A stretch of DNA of 60,870 bases, counting the filler, from an uncultured Clostridia bacterium (lineage in GTDB: Bacteria; Aerophobota; Aerophobia; Aerophobales; B3-G15), in assembly GCA_964482715.1 (NCBI GenBank). It is 3 parts of 3 records of this genome, joined end to end, with 100 filler letters (N's around TTAATTAATTAA, not from the genome) between each part and the next. Parts side by side here need not be neighbours in the genome. Positions count along the whole stretch, not along the records: positions 42,840 to 60,870 come from CAYZYX010000033.1; 2 more parts are not named here. The stretch is one strand, 5' to 3'. The translations under genes and the position numbers were made by a program. Of this stretch, positions 46,736 to 56,016 are shown piece after piece. The notes below the pieces were generated by a model. The model had not been told where the DNA came from. It did no database searches and saw only the letters and a list, made by a program, of their open reading frames with translations. Each line of letters starts with the position of its first letter. The first letter of the stretch is position 1.

Positions 46736-47824
46736 TTGCCGTTTAAGACGTATGGAAAACCAAATATAAATAGGTTACTGGCTACCTTTCGGGGAGAAAT
46801 ACCTGATAGGGTACCCTATTTTGAGGTCCTTATCGAAGATAAACATGTGGAGCATATTTTAGGAAAATCCGCTGGAAATACCCTGGGAGCCAGCGGAGAT
46901 GCAGCCAAAGGTACTTCAGATGAGGTAGCTGCAGCACGACCCATGGATCCTAAAGATTATATTCAGGTTTGTAGAGCAGTGGGACAGGATGCTATGATCA
47001 TAGAGGCTCTGTGGGCTCCTTTGAGAAAAATGGAAGAAGATGGAACTCTGCATATTATAAATGATAGATCTATCAAAAGCCGTAACGACCTGGAAAACGT
47101 TATTCCTCCCCGTAAGGAGGATATAGATGTAAAGGTGGGTTTTATAAAAGAGTATCTGGAGGCTGCAAAAGGAACAAATATAGGAGTGACTCTACTTACC
47201 GGATCTTTTTTTCAAACTAACTACGAATTCGTTGTGGGGCTTACCGATTTCATGGTTAAAATTGTAGAAGATCTTGAGTTTGTAGAGAAGCTTATGGATA
47301 TAGCTGTTGACTACTACGTAAAGCTTGTAAAAGCTGCCTGTGAGGCAGGAATCCACTTTTTATTTGCAGCCGATGATGTAGCTTATAAATCCGGGCTTTT
47401 TGTTCGTCCTGAATTGTTTAAAAAAATATGGAGACCCCGAGCAGAAAAAATATTTGCCCCAGCTCTCAAAAAAGGCATTCCTGTTATGTTTCATTCTGAT
47501 GGGAAACTTGATTCTATAATGGATATGTTAATTGATATGGGGGTAAGCTGCATTCATCCTATGGATCCTTACTCCATAGATTATAGAGATTACAAAAAAA
47601 GATACGGAAGTAGAATAGCTCTTGCCGGAAATATAGACATAGAATTTCCCCTGGTTAAGGGAACACCTGAGGATGTCAGAAGAGATGTAATAGAACACCT
47701 TAAAGTAATGAAGCCTGGAGGAAGGTATGTTTTCTGCTCCAGCCACTCTATTGTAAACTATATTCCTGTAGAGAACTATGAGGCTATGATCAACACCTTC
47801 CACGAATACGCAAGTTATGATTAG
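46736..47824 (+). CDS. Second UroD/MtaA-superfamily protein
   Basis: PDRVP, ADDVAYKSG, FHSDG, HPMDP, GNID, GGRYVFCSSHSI; TTG start after AAGGAGG. Confidence 0.85.
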   Translation: MPFKTYGKPNINRLLATFRGEIPDRVPYFEVLIEDKHVEHILGKSAGNTLGASGDAAKGTSDEVAAARPMDPKDYIQVCRAVGQDAMIIEALWAPLRKMEEDGTLHIINDRSIKSRNDLENVIPPRKEDIDVKVGFIKEYLEAAKGTNIGVTLLTGSFFQTNYEFVVGLTDFMVKIVEDLEFVEKLMDIAVDYYVKLVKAACEAGIHFLFAADDVAYKSGLFVRPELFKKIWRPRAEKIFAPALKKGIPVMFHSDGKLDSIMDMLIDMGVSCIHPMDPYSIDYRDYKKRYGSRIALAGNIDIEFPLVKGTPEDVRRDVIEHLKVMKPGGRYVFCSSHSIVNYIPVENYEAMINTFHEYASYD

Positions 47825-47894
47825 TCAAAAATGCTTCTATCTTAATTTGAATTTGAGAGTAAATAAACCTACCCCTTTATTGCGTTGAAGGTAA

Positions 47895-48145
47895 GATCAC
47901 GAATTAGGAATAATAGTAAAGGGAATAATTCGGCTAAAGGATATATGTGAGTTTGAGGTAAAAATTAAAAAAGGACATGCCAAAAGACATATAGATAGAT
48001 TAAGCTACTTTCTTAAAGAGGCAGAGTTTAATGAAGAAAAGCTTTTTCAAGATGCAGTTTGCAAAGCCCTAAAGGAGCTTGAAAAATTAAGAAAGATAAA
48101 ACTTTTCTTTGGAAGGTCCCTTGTTATTGTTGATCCTACCTTTCA
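47895..48145 (+). pseudogene. Probable N-terminal fragment of an IS4-like DDE transposase
   Basis: Start-less open frame 47895-48200: LGIIVKGIIRLKDICEFEVKIKKGHAKRHIDRLSYFL..RSLVIVDPT (RLSxFL helix and first-Asp-like strand); adjacent to a TIR element. Confidence 0.45.
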
Positions 48146-48172
48146 AAGATTTTTTCCGAAACTGGAGATTCA

Positions 48173-48376
48173 AACTGAAATCGGTACAGTTTTTCTCTGA
48201 AGATAAAGGCTCCCGGAGATACCTTGCAAGCAAGCTTTTTTGGCGAGCAGCCGGCCTTTACATGGTAGCCACTTTTGCACCCACAAAAAGGAAAGGCCTG
48301 CTGCAGTAAAATGATAGGTGAGATACCCGGGAGCCTGAAGAGAAAGGTATAGGTAAAAACTGTCCCAGTTTCAGTT
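48173..48376. mobile_element. MITE-like element, long copy (204 bp) with TIRs and nested internal inverted repeats
   Basis: TIRs 48173-48194 / 48355-48376 (19/22); internal stems 48207-48216 / 48327-48336 (10/10) and 48247-48259 / 48292-48304 (12/13). Confidence 0.7.
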
Positions 48377-48392
48377 CAATTTTAATCAAAGA

Positions 48393-49562
48393 TCATTTAG
48401 CCAGAAGATAGTACAATCTTCCTCGGGAGTATATTTTACCTGCTACCTGTCCTGCTCTATCTCCTTCCCCTATGTAAATATCCACCCTGCCAGGTCCAGT
48501 AATTGCCGAACCTTTGTCCTGATCAAAGACAAATCGGGCACATTTCCTGAGAGCTACTAGTTTACCTTGAGAGTCAACCACTGGTTCATCGTAAATTATA
48601 TAGGCGACACCGCCTCCTGGAAAAATAGACTTATCGGTGGCAATGGATCGTCGGGGAGTAAGGATAGCATTCGTCCAACCGTGTGGTCCATCACTTTCCA
48701 CCTTGAAGAAAACCCAGCTTTCGTTGGCAAAAAGATACTGATCTATTTTCTCCGGATGCTGACCGAAATATCTCTTTATCCCCTCAAGAGATGTTTCCCG
48801 GGGATCCAAACCCTCTTTTTCTATAAGTAGACGACCTATACTGGTGTAAGGTCTTCCGTTTTTACAGTCGTATTTTAACCAGATGGTTTTTCCTTCTGGT
48901 AAAAGAATCTTTCCAGAGCCCTGAATCATTAGAAAATATCGCTCTATTCTATCTTTTAACCAGAGAATTTCAAGTCCCTTATTTGCCAGAACTCTCTCTT
49001 TAACGATTTCCCGTCTGGTATAATAGGGCTTAACTTTCCCGTTTACAATCCTGAAGGCTATTTCCTTTCCTTTAAGCTCAGGATAAAACAAACCGAGGTC
49101 CACGCTGTAAAGATCAGGTGGCCTTCTATATACTGGCCACGGATATTGAGGAAGAGGAATTAAGCTTCCCTTAAACAGGGGCGTGTAGTAGCCAGTAAAT
49201 AAAACGCTTCCTCTGCCATCATCACCGACTGAACTGTAAACTTCGAACCTTTCTCTTATAAGCTGGTTCAAGACTTTCTCGTTTTTAGCTTGCCTGATGG
49301 TTTTAATAAGAAGTTCGCCTGTCCTTAAGATCCTTTTTGGAGATATGGTACTTTTTCCCCAGTTTAAACTATCACCTTTTTCTATAGCATCATACAGAAA
49401 AGGAAGTTCTCTCTGCCAGGCGGCTATTAACGAATCAATATCCTTTTCCTGAAAAGAGGGTAGATTTCTATCATCAACTTTAAAAAGGAAAGCTTCACTC
49501 TTTGTGACAAAAAGGGCAAGAAAGAAAAAGTAAATCAGGACAAAAAGAAATCGATTAAACAT
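48393..49562 (-). CDS. mltA: Membrane-bound lytic murein transglycosylase A (MltA + 3D domain)
   Basis: FTGYYTP, IQGSG, NGRPYTSIG, SWVFF, SIATD, QDKGSAITGPGRVDIYIG. Confidence 0.92.
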   Translation of the reverse strand: MFNRFLFVLIYFFFLALFVTKSEAFLFKVDDRNLPSFQEKDIDSLIAAWQRELPFLYDAIEKGDSLNWGKSTISPKRILRTGELLIKTIRQAKNEKVLNQLIRERFEVYSSVGDDGRGSVLFTGYYTPLFKGSLIPLPQYPWPVYRRPPDLYSVDLGLFYPELKGKEIAFRIVNGKVKPYYTRREIVKERVLANKGLEILWLKDRIERYFLMIQGSGKILLPEGKTIWLKYDCKNGRPYTSIGRLLIEKEGLDPRETSLEGIKRYFGQHPEKIDQYLFANESWVFFKVESDGPHGWTNAILTPRRSIATDKSIFPGGGVAYIIYDEPVVDSQGKLVALRKCARFVFDQDKGSAITGPGRVDIYIGEGDRAGQVAGKIYSRGRLYYLLAK

Positions 49563-49749
49563 GTAAACCCTCCCTTAAATAAACTACGTTATTATGTGAA
49601 TCTAAAAAACTGCAAACCACAAAAAGCAAAGGCTATCAATTTCAGACCCTCATTTCTTGACTTTATCTTAAAGCTTAGATAGTATAAAGCAATTCCCTAA
49701 TAAAAACAAGTCCATTTTAAGAACACTCTATAGTAAAGGAGGAAAAACA

Positions 49750-51153
49750 ATGAAAAAGACAAAAATAGGATTTGTTCCTGCACATAGGGAACCCTTTGAC
49801 GAGGACTGGGCCATAGAGATGAAAAAAAGAGTTTTAAGATCCTTAGAACCTTTAAGTGAAAAGGGTATTACTCTGGTTCATCCAGACGAGTACATAACCA
49901 AAAATGGCCTTGTTCGTGATGATGAAGACGCAGAAAAAGCCATAGAGTTTTTCAAAGATAAAGATCTGGAAGGTATTATGATTGGAGCAATGACTTTCGG
50001 GGATGAGATTTCAGCAGCTACCATAGCTCAGGCTATGCCCGAGCTGCCGGTTCTTCTCTTTAGTACCAAGGAGGGACCTTTTACTCCCGAGGGTTCCAGA
50101 AAATCCGATGCCTTCTGCGGAACGCTTTCTATTGCCTCGGGTCTTTATAGAAGAAAAATCCCTTTTGTATTTTTAGGTAATCTTTTTCCGGAAGAAGAGA
50201 AATTTATTAAAGGTGTAGAAGATTTTGCTCGCACATGTAAAGCGGTAAAGAGATTTCTGGGAGCCAGAATAGGACTGGTAGGCCCAAGACCTGAGAGGTT
50301 TGAAACCTGTGCCATTAACGAATTTCCCATGATTGAGCAATTTGGCCAGAAAGTTGTTCAAAAATCTCTTGTGGAGATATTTAACAGGGCTAATAATATA
50401 CAGGATCAGGAAAAAATAAGCCAGATTGTAGAAGAGATAAAAAAAGTGGCTAACTGCCAGAGGGTTAAACCAGAAACTTTGGAAAAATCAGCCAGGCTGG
50501 AGATAGCACTTGAGGAATTTGCCAGAGAGAAAAGATTAGACGCCCTCGCAGTTCAGTGCTGGACAGCTATGCAGGAAATATACGGAATTTCATCCTGTCT
50601 GGCCATGGGCCGTCTTACTCAAAAAGGAATCATGAGCGCATGCGAAGTTGACATTCATGGAGCTTTGACCATGCTGGTCCAGTATATGGCCTCATTAGAA
50701 GAAACCGTTCCTCATTTTATTGACTGGACCATCCAGCATCAATCAAAACCTAATGTTTTCCTTGCCTGGCATTGTGGAAATGCGCCTTTAAGTCTTAAAG
50801 CTCCTGATTCTGAAATCTGCATCAACTATCACAGTATTTTGAGCAAGGCTGTGGGTGAGGAAAATAGTGGAGGAACAGCTGAATTTCAACTAAAGCCTGG
50901 AATTGTAACCATCAGCAGGATTGTGGAATACGATGGAATATTTAAAATGTTTATAACCACGGGAAAAATAATTCCCAGTACCGACACTCTCAGGGGCTCC
51001 TGGAGCTGGGTAGAAGTGGAAGATCTTGAACTTGTTTACAGAACTTTAGTCCAGGAAGGTTTCACGCATCATGCCTCACTCATTCACGGAGACTTAAAAA
51101 AAGCCCTTGCTGACTTCTGTCAGCTTACCGGAATGGAGGCAGTAGTCGTATAA
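49750..51153 (+). CDS. L-fucose/L-arabinose isomerase-family protein
   Basis: TFGDE, SDAFCG, GPRPERF, AVQCW, ACEVDIHGA, WHCG, GFTHH; promoter TTGACT-17-TAGTAT at 49657-49685. Confidence 0.85.
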   Translation: MKKTKIGFVPAHREPFDEDWAIEMKKRVLRSLEPLSEKGITLVHPDEYITKNGLVRDDEDAEKAIEFFKDKDLEGIMIGAMTFGDEISAATIAQAMPELPVLLFSTKEGPFTPEGSRKSDAFCGTLSIASGLYRRKIPFVFLGNLFPEEEKFIKGVEDFARTCKAVKRFLGARIGLVGPRPERFETCAINEFPMIEQFGQKVVQKSLVEIFNRANNIQDQEKISQIVEEIKKVANCQRVKPETLEKSARLEIALEEFAREKRLDALAVQCWTAMQEIYGISSCLAMGRLTQKGIMSACEVDIHGALTMLVQYMASLEETVPHFIDWTIQHQSKPNVFLAWHCGNAPLSLKAPDSEICINYHSILSKAVGEENSGGTAEFQLKPGIVTISRIVEYDGIFKMFITTGKIIPSTDTLRGSWSWVEVEDLELVYRTLVQEGFTHHASLIHGDLKKALADFCQLTGMEAVVV

Positions 51154-51186
51154 AAATAAAAAAACCTGTTTTTTATTCTTTAAATT

Positions 51187-53337
51187 ATGGAGAATCTTAA
51201 GGTTACACTGGAAAAGATTATTTTTTACAATGAACAAAACAGTTATCTGGTGGCAAGGTGTTCTTCTCCTCAGTATCCAGGTCTCTTTACCCTGGTAGGT
51301 AACGTAACTGAACCTGCTCCCGGTACAGTTCTTCACATCCAGGGTGAGTGGTCAATCCATCCTAAATATGGAAAGCAGTTCAAATTGCAAAGTTATACCA
51401 AAGTGGTTCCAACCACCTGCCAGGGTATTGAGAAGTATCTTGGCAGCGGTATAATTGAAAAAATAGGCCCGGGAATAGCTGCAAGAATTGTTAAGCATTT
51501 TGGTAAAGACACCTTGAGGATAATAGAGAAAAATCCGGAAAGGCTGGAAGAAATAGAGGGGATCGGTCCAGCGAGAAAAGCAAGCATTATTGCTGCCTGG
51601 CAGAAGCAAAAAAAGACCAGAGAAACAATGCTCTATCTTCACTCTCTGGGAATTGGACCTGCAACTGTAAATAAAATATACTCCATCTACAAAGATGAAG
51701 CACCCCGGAAAATTCAGGAAAATCCTTATCGCTTAGCTGAAGATATTTTTGGAATTGGATTTAAAATAGCCGATCGGGTGGCTCAAGAAATGGGAATTGA
51801 GAAAGACTCACCCCTTAGAATAAGAGCCGGAATTTACCATATTTTAAACCAGGGAACAGAAGATGGGCACGTATTTATTCCCCTGGTGGAACTCAAGGAG
51901 AAAACTTCCAAACTTCTGGAAATTGAAGAAAATATAGTGCAAGAGACCATCTTAGCTCTTGCCGCCAGAAAAGAAATCATACTGGAGGATGAAGCCTGTT
52001 ACCACCCTATTTATTATTCGGCTGAAAAAAAGGTAGCTGAAAGACTGATCCAACTTGCAAGTTCAGGAGAAGAAACCTTACCTCTTGGTTGGAGAAACAT
52101 CATTGACTGGCTGGAAGAAAAAGAAGACTTAGAATTTTCACCTGAACAGGAAATAGCTATCCAAAAAGCAATAACCAGCAAGGTGCTTGTTATTACAGGC
52201 GGACCGGGAACGGGTAAAACCACCACTTTAAAGTCAGTGGTTTCTCTTTTTGAAGAATTTGGATTAAGAACCATACTCGCAGCACCTACAGGAAGGGCGG
52301 CTAAAAGATTATCTCAGGCCACGGGGAAAGAGGCCAGCACTATCCACAGACTTTTGGGATTTGTTCCTGGTCAAGGGTTCACAAAAAACGAAAAAAATAA
52401 GCTCCCTGCTGATGCTGTCATAATAGATGAAGTCTCAATGGTGGATCTCCTTTTGATGAACGCCCTACTTAAAGCACTTCCTCAACACTGTAGATTGATT
52501 TTGGTAGGAGATTCGGATCAGCTTCCAGCTGTAGGTCCGGGAAATGTCCTCAGAGATATTATCAATTCACAAAGAATAAGTGTAGTTAAACTGGAGCAGG
52601 TATTTCGTCAGGCAAAAAAAAGCCTTATTGTCGTCAATGCTCACCGGATAAATAGAGGAGAATTTCCTTACCTTGGATACTCAGGAAAAAAGGATTTCTA
52701 TTTTATCCCGGAGGAAGAACCTGCCAAAGTGGAAAACATTGTGGTTGATCTTTGCTGTCGAAAGATACCAAAAGAGTTTGGATTTAATCCCTTTTACGAT
52801 ATTCAGGTATTATCTCCACTTTACAAGGGAGTTGCTGGAGTTCACAGATTGAATCAGATCCTTCAGGGAATACTTAATCCTCAAACTCAAAAAGAAACTC
52901 TAAAAAGGAGGGAAATGGCTTTTAGAGCTGGCGACAAAGTAATGCAACTTAAAAATAACTATGAAAAGGAGGTTTTCAACGGAGATATAGGGGTGGTTCT
53001 TGAAACTGATCCTGGGGAGGAAATACTCAAAGTTGAATTTCCAGGAAAAGTAGTGCTTTATCAGGGACAGGAGATAAACCAGCTTACCCTGGCTTACGCA
53101 GTAAGTGTCCATAAGTCTCAGGGTTCAGAATACCCGGTCATCATTATGCCAGTTATCATATCTCATTATCTCATGTTACAGAGAAATCTTCTTTATACGG
53201 CGTTAACCAGGGCAAAAAAGCTGGCTATATTTGTAGGAGAAAAGAGAGCTCTGGCTATAGCGGTCAAGAATAATAAACAGGTGAAAAGATACACTAAATT
53301 AACCGAAAGATTAAGTGATGCTGGTCCCACCGGTTAA
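51187..53337 (+). CDS. recD2: RecD2 (RecD/TraA family) helicase
   Basis: HPKYGKQF, HhH repeats, NPYRL, TGGPGTGKTT, APTGRAA, DEVSM, HKSQGSE, RNLLYTALTRA. Confidence 0.93.
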   Translation: MENLKVTLEKIIFYNEQNSYLVARCSSPQYPGLFTLVGNVTEPAPGTVLHIQGEWSIHPKYGKQFKLQSYTKVVPTTCQGIEKYLGSGIIEKIGPGIAARIVKHFGKDTLRIIEKNPERLEEIEGIGPARKASIIAAWQKQKKTRETMLYLHSLGIGPATVNKIYSIYKDEAPRKIQENPYRLAEDIFGIGFKIADRVAQEMGIEKDSPLRIRAGIYHILNQGTEDGHVFIPLVELKEKTSKLLEIEENIVQETILALAARKEIILEDEACYHPIYYSAEKKVAERLIQLASSGEETLPLGWRNIIDWLEEKEDLEFSPEQEIAIQKAITSKVLVITGGPGTGKTTTLKSVVSLFEEFGLRTILAAPTGRAAKRLSQATGKEASTIHRLLGFVPGQGFTKNEKNKLPADAVIIDEVSMVDLLLMNALLKALPQHCRLILVGDSDQLPAVGPGNVLRDIINSQRISVVKLEQVFRQAKKSLIVVNAHRINRGEFPYLGYSGKKDFYFIPEEEPAKVENIVVDLCCRKIPKEFGFNPFYDIQVLSPLYKGVAGVHRLNQILQGILNPQTQKETLKRREMAFRAGDKVMQLKNNYEKEVFNGDIGVVLETDPGEEILKVEFPGKVVLYQGQEINQLTLAYAVSVHKSQGSEYPVIIMPVIISHYLMLQRNLLYTALTRAKKLAIFVGEKRALAIAVKNNKQVKRYTKLTERLSDAGPTG

Positions 53338-53400
53338 ACCCGCAGTAAAGTGCACCATTTGTCCCACCAAGAAACCTTTTAGATGATTTAATGCGATAAT

Positions 53401-53429
53401 TTGACAGGTTAGAGGGTTAATGATAGGAT
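53401..53429 (+). promoter_or_regulatory. Putative sigma70 promoter of the small basic ORF
   Basis: TTGACA-17 bp-TAGGAT with a TGn extension. Confidence 0.65.
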
Positions 53430-53468
53430 ACTATGATAATAGAAGAAAGTAGGAGGTGATACACTATT

Positions 53469-53606
53469 ATGGCAAATAAAGTTTTTCGGACCCGGTTCCC
53501 GGTTATAAAACTTAATCGAAAAGCTGACTTTAAAAGACGTGTACTGTCTCAACTTCCACGGGCAGGAGGAAGAAAGGGGCAGGGGATATCACGCAGAGAG
53601 ACATAA
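53469..53606 (+). CDS. Unannotated 45-aa highly basic small protein
   Basis: MANKVFRTRFPVIKLNRKADFKRRVLSQLPRAGGRKGQGISRRET; perfect SD AGGAGGTGA and a promoter upstream. Confidence 0.7.
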   Translation: MANKVFRTRFPVIKLNRKADFKRRVLSQLPRAGGRKGQGISRRET

Positions 53607-53654
53607 CTTTCTAATCAGAATTCTTTCTAAAATTTTTTTCAGGGAGTTTAGAAG

Positions 53655-54620
53655 ATGAAACTTGGACTTTTCATTGTGCAATTTTTTAAAATGAGTCTTG
53701 ATGAGGTGCTTGATTTTGCAGTGGAGGCAAAGTTAGATGCAGTTGAGATAGGAACAGGTAACTATTGTAGTCAGCCGCACCACTGTGATTTAAAAAGTCT
53801 TTTGTCAAGTGACGTAAAGCTTAAAGAGTTTAAGGCTAAAATTGAGGACAGAGGTCTTTCTATCAGTGCTCTTTCCTGCCACGGGAACCCTCTTCATCCT
53901 CAGAAGGAAATTGCTGAGAGACATCAGAAAACATTTAGGGATACCATAATTTTAGCTGAAAAATTAGGTGTTGACAGGGTGATTACTTTTTCTGGCTGTC
54001 CAGGTGACTCGGATAGCTCAAGGTACCCTAACTGGGTTACCTGTCCCTGGCCTGATGACTTTACTCAACTTGTTAACTGGCAGTGGGAGAAGAAGATAAT
54101 TCCCTACTGGGAAAAGGAAGCTAAATTTGCCCGGGATCATGGAGTTAAAGTCTGTATTGAAATGCATCCCGGTTTTTCTGTTTACAATACAGAGACTCTT
54201 CTTTGTCTACGGAAAGCAGTAGGAGATACTATCGGAGCAAATTTTGATCCCAGTCATCTTTTCTGGCAGGGTATAGACCCTGTAGCCTCCATAAGAAAAC
54301 TTGGAGATGCTATCTACCACGTTCACGCCAAGGACGTTGCAGTTGATCCTATTAATGCATCAGTCAATGGTATTCTTGACACCAAGCCTTATTCTCAAGT
54401 AGATAAAAGATCCTGGATTTTCAGAAGTGTAGGCTACGGACATGACTATAAAATATGGAAAGACATAGTTAGTGCTCTTCAAATGGTGGGATACGATGAT
54501 GTCTTATCTATTGAGCATGAAGATGCTCTTGCTTCCTTAGAAGAAGGATTTTATAAGGCCGTAGCTTTTTTAAAGGAAATCATTTTAAGAGAGAAACCGG
54601 GGAAAATGTGGTGGGACTAA
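53655..54620 (+). CDS. Sugar phosphate isomerase/epimerase (xylose isomerase-like TIM barrel)
   Basis: SCHGNPLHP, IEMHPG, NFDPSHLFWQG, HVHAKD, SIEHED. Confidence 0.88.
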   Translation: MKLGLFIVQFFKMSLDEVLDFAVEAKLDAVEIGTGNYCSQPHHCDLKSLLSSDVKLKEFKAKIEDRGLSISALSCHGNPLHPQKEIAERHQKTFRDTIILAEKLGVDRVITFSGCPGDSDSSRYPNWVTCPWPDDFTQLVNWQWEKKIIPYWEKEAKFARDHGVKVCIEMHPGFSVYNTETLLCLRKAVGDTIGANFDPSHLFWQGIDPVASIRKLGDAIYHVHAKDVAVDPINASVNGILDTKPYSQVDKRSWIFRSVGYGHDYKIWKDIVSALQMVGYDDVLSIEHEDALASLEEGFYKAVAFLKEIILREKPGKMWWD

Positions 54621-54760
54621 CCATCAAAGATAAAGGAGTTTTCTATTTCTACATTTTAAAGAACTTAAAATTAAAAGTTGACCAGGATATTCTCTCCACA
54701 GGGAGATTAATACCTTAAATTTCAATTCATACAAGGAGAGTTGTGTAAGGAGGTAATCTA

Positions 54761-55987
54761 ATGGACGATAAAACAAAAATGAAACTGCTTGATCAAGCGC
54801 TGGATGAAGGAGGTGGAATTTTAAGACTTGCACCTTGCTGGGTTCCTCGCTCATTTCTTTTTCCCGGAGGAAGATTAAAACTCGATCCTCGAGACCTCTA
54901 TGCTCTGGGCGCCCACAGAGGTGGAATATGTGAGAGATGGTTTGCTTCCACTACCAATGCCGACAATGGTCCAGGAACTCCTCCAGATGAAGGTTTGAGT
55001 TACGTCGTGATAAAAAATGGCTCTTCGGTAAAAAAAATACTTCTAAAAGAAGCAATTGAGCTTATGGGAGACAAACTCCTGGGAAAAGAGGTAATGGATC
55101 AGTATGGTGGATGGATGGTACTGTGCAAGTTTTTTGACAACAAGGGACCCATTCCTCATCATCTTCATCAGTCAGATAAACATGCTGCCAGAGTTGGAAG
55201 GATGGGAAAACCTGAAGCTTATTATTTCCCACCTCAGCTTAATTTCATAGAAGGAAGTTTCCCCTATACTTTCTTCGGTCTTGAGCCAGGAACCACCCGG
55301 GAAGATATAATTCGGTGTTTAGAACGCTGGAATGAAGGAGACAACGGTATTCTCTATCACTCAAGAGCTTACAAGCTTAAACCTGGAACTGGTTGGGATG
55401 TTCCACCTGGAATCTTACATGCTCCCGGGACTCTGGTAACTTATGAACCTCAAAGAGCAAGTGATGTTTTTGCCATGTTCCAGTCTCTGGTTGAAGGAAG
55501 ACCTGTTCCCTGGGATCTTCTGGTTAAGGATGTTCCCGAGGATCATCGCCACGATCTTGATTACATTGTGGACATGCTGGATTGGGAGGCAAATCTTGAT
55601 CCTGAATTTGCCAGAAACCACTTTGTTGAACCTCTCCCGGTTAACCCGAAGGAGGAGATGGAAGATGCAGGATATGTGGAAAACTGGATAGCTTATAAAT
55701 CAAGTTACTTTAGTGCTAAGGAATTAACAGTTTTTCCGGGTCAAACGGTAAAGATTAAAGATAGTGCAGCTTACGGTTTAATAGTGGTTCAGGGCTACGG
55801 AAAAGTCGGCAATTTAGAAGTGGAAAGTCCTACTCTCATAAGATTTGGAGAACTCACTAAAGATGAGCTTTTTGTTACCAGAGAAGCTGCTTCCGAGTTA
55901 GAAATAATCAATCTGAGTGATTCAGAAAATCTGGTTATGCTTAAGCACTTTGGACCAGGGAATCCAGATCTTCCCAAAATGACTTGA
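54761..55987 (+). CDS. Phosphomannose isomerase-like cupin protein
   Basis: ERWFAS, PIPHHLHQ..KPEAYY, HAPG..YEPQRASD (type I PMI-like metal ligands). Confidence 0.65.
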   Translation: MDDKTKMKLLDQALDEGGGILRLAPCWVPRSFLFPGGRLKLDPRDLYALGAHRGGICERWFASTTNADNGPGTPPDEGLSYVVIKNGSSVKKILLKEAIELMGDKLLGKEVMDQYGGWMVLCKFFDNKGPIPHHLHQSDKHAARVGRMGKPEAYYFPPQLNFIEGSFPYTFFGLEPGTTREDIIRCLERWNEGDNGILYHSRAYKLKPGTGWDVPPGILHAPGTLVTYEPQRASDVFAMFQSLVEGRPVPWDLLVKDVPEDHRHDLDYIVDMLDWEANLDPEFARNHFVEPLPVNPKEEMEDAGYVENWIAYKSSYFSAKELTVFPGQTVKIKDSAAYGLIVVQGYGKVGNLEVESPTLIRFGELTKDELFVTREAASELEIINLSDSENLVMLKHFGPGNPDLPKMT

Positions 55988-56016
55988 AAACTTTATTTTG
56001 TGCCCGGAGAAGCAGA

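Noticed and set aside
45559..47824. Selenocysteine or pyrrolysine read-through at the TGA/TAG stops of the UroD-family genes
   Set aside because: Both proteins are already full length for the fold, and no homologous continuation follows the stops
48109..48309. 66-aa ORF
   Set aside because: It runs through the palindromic element, has no recognisable motif, and is better explained by the repeat
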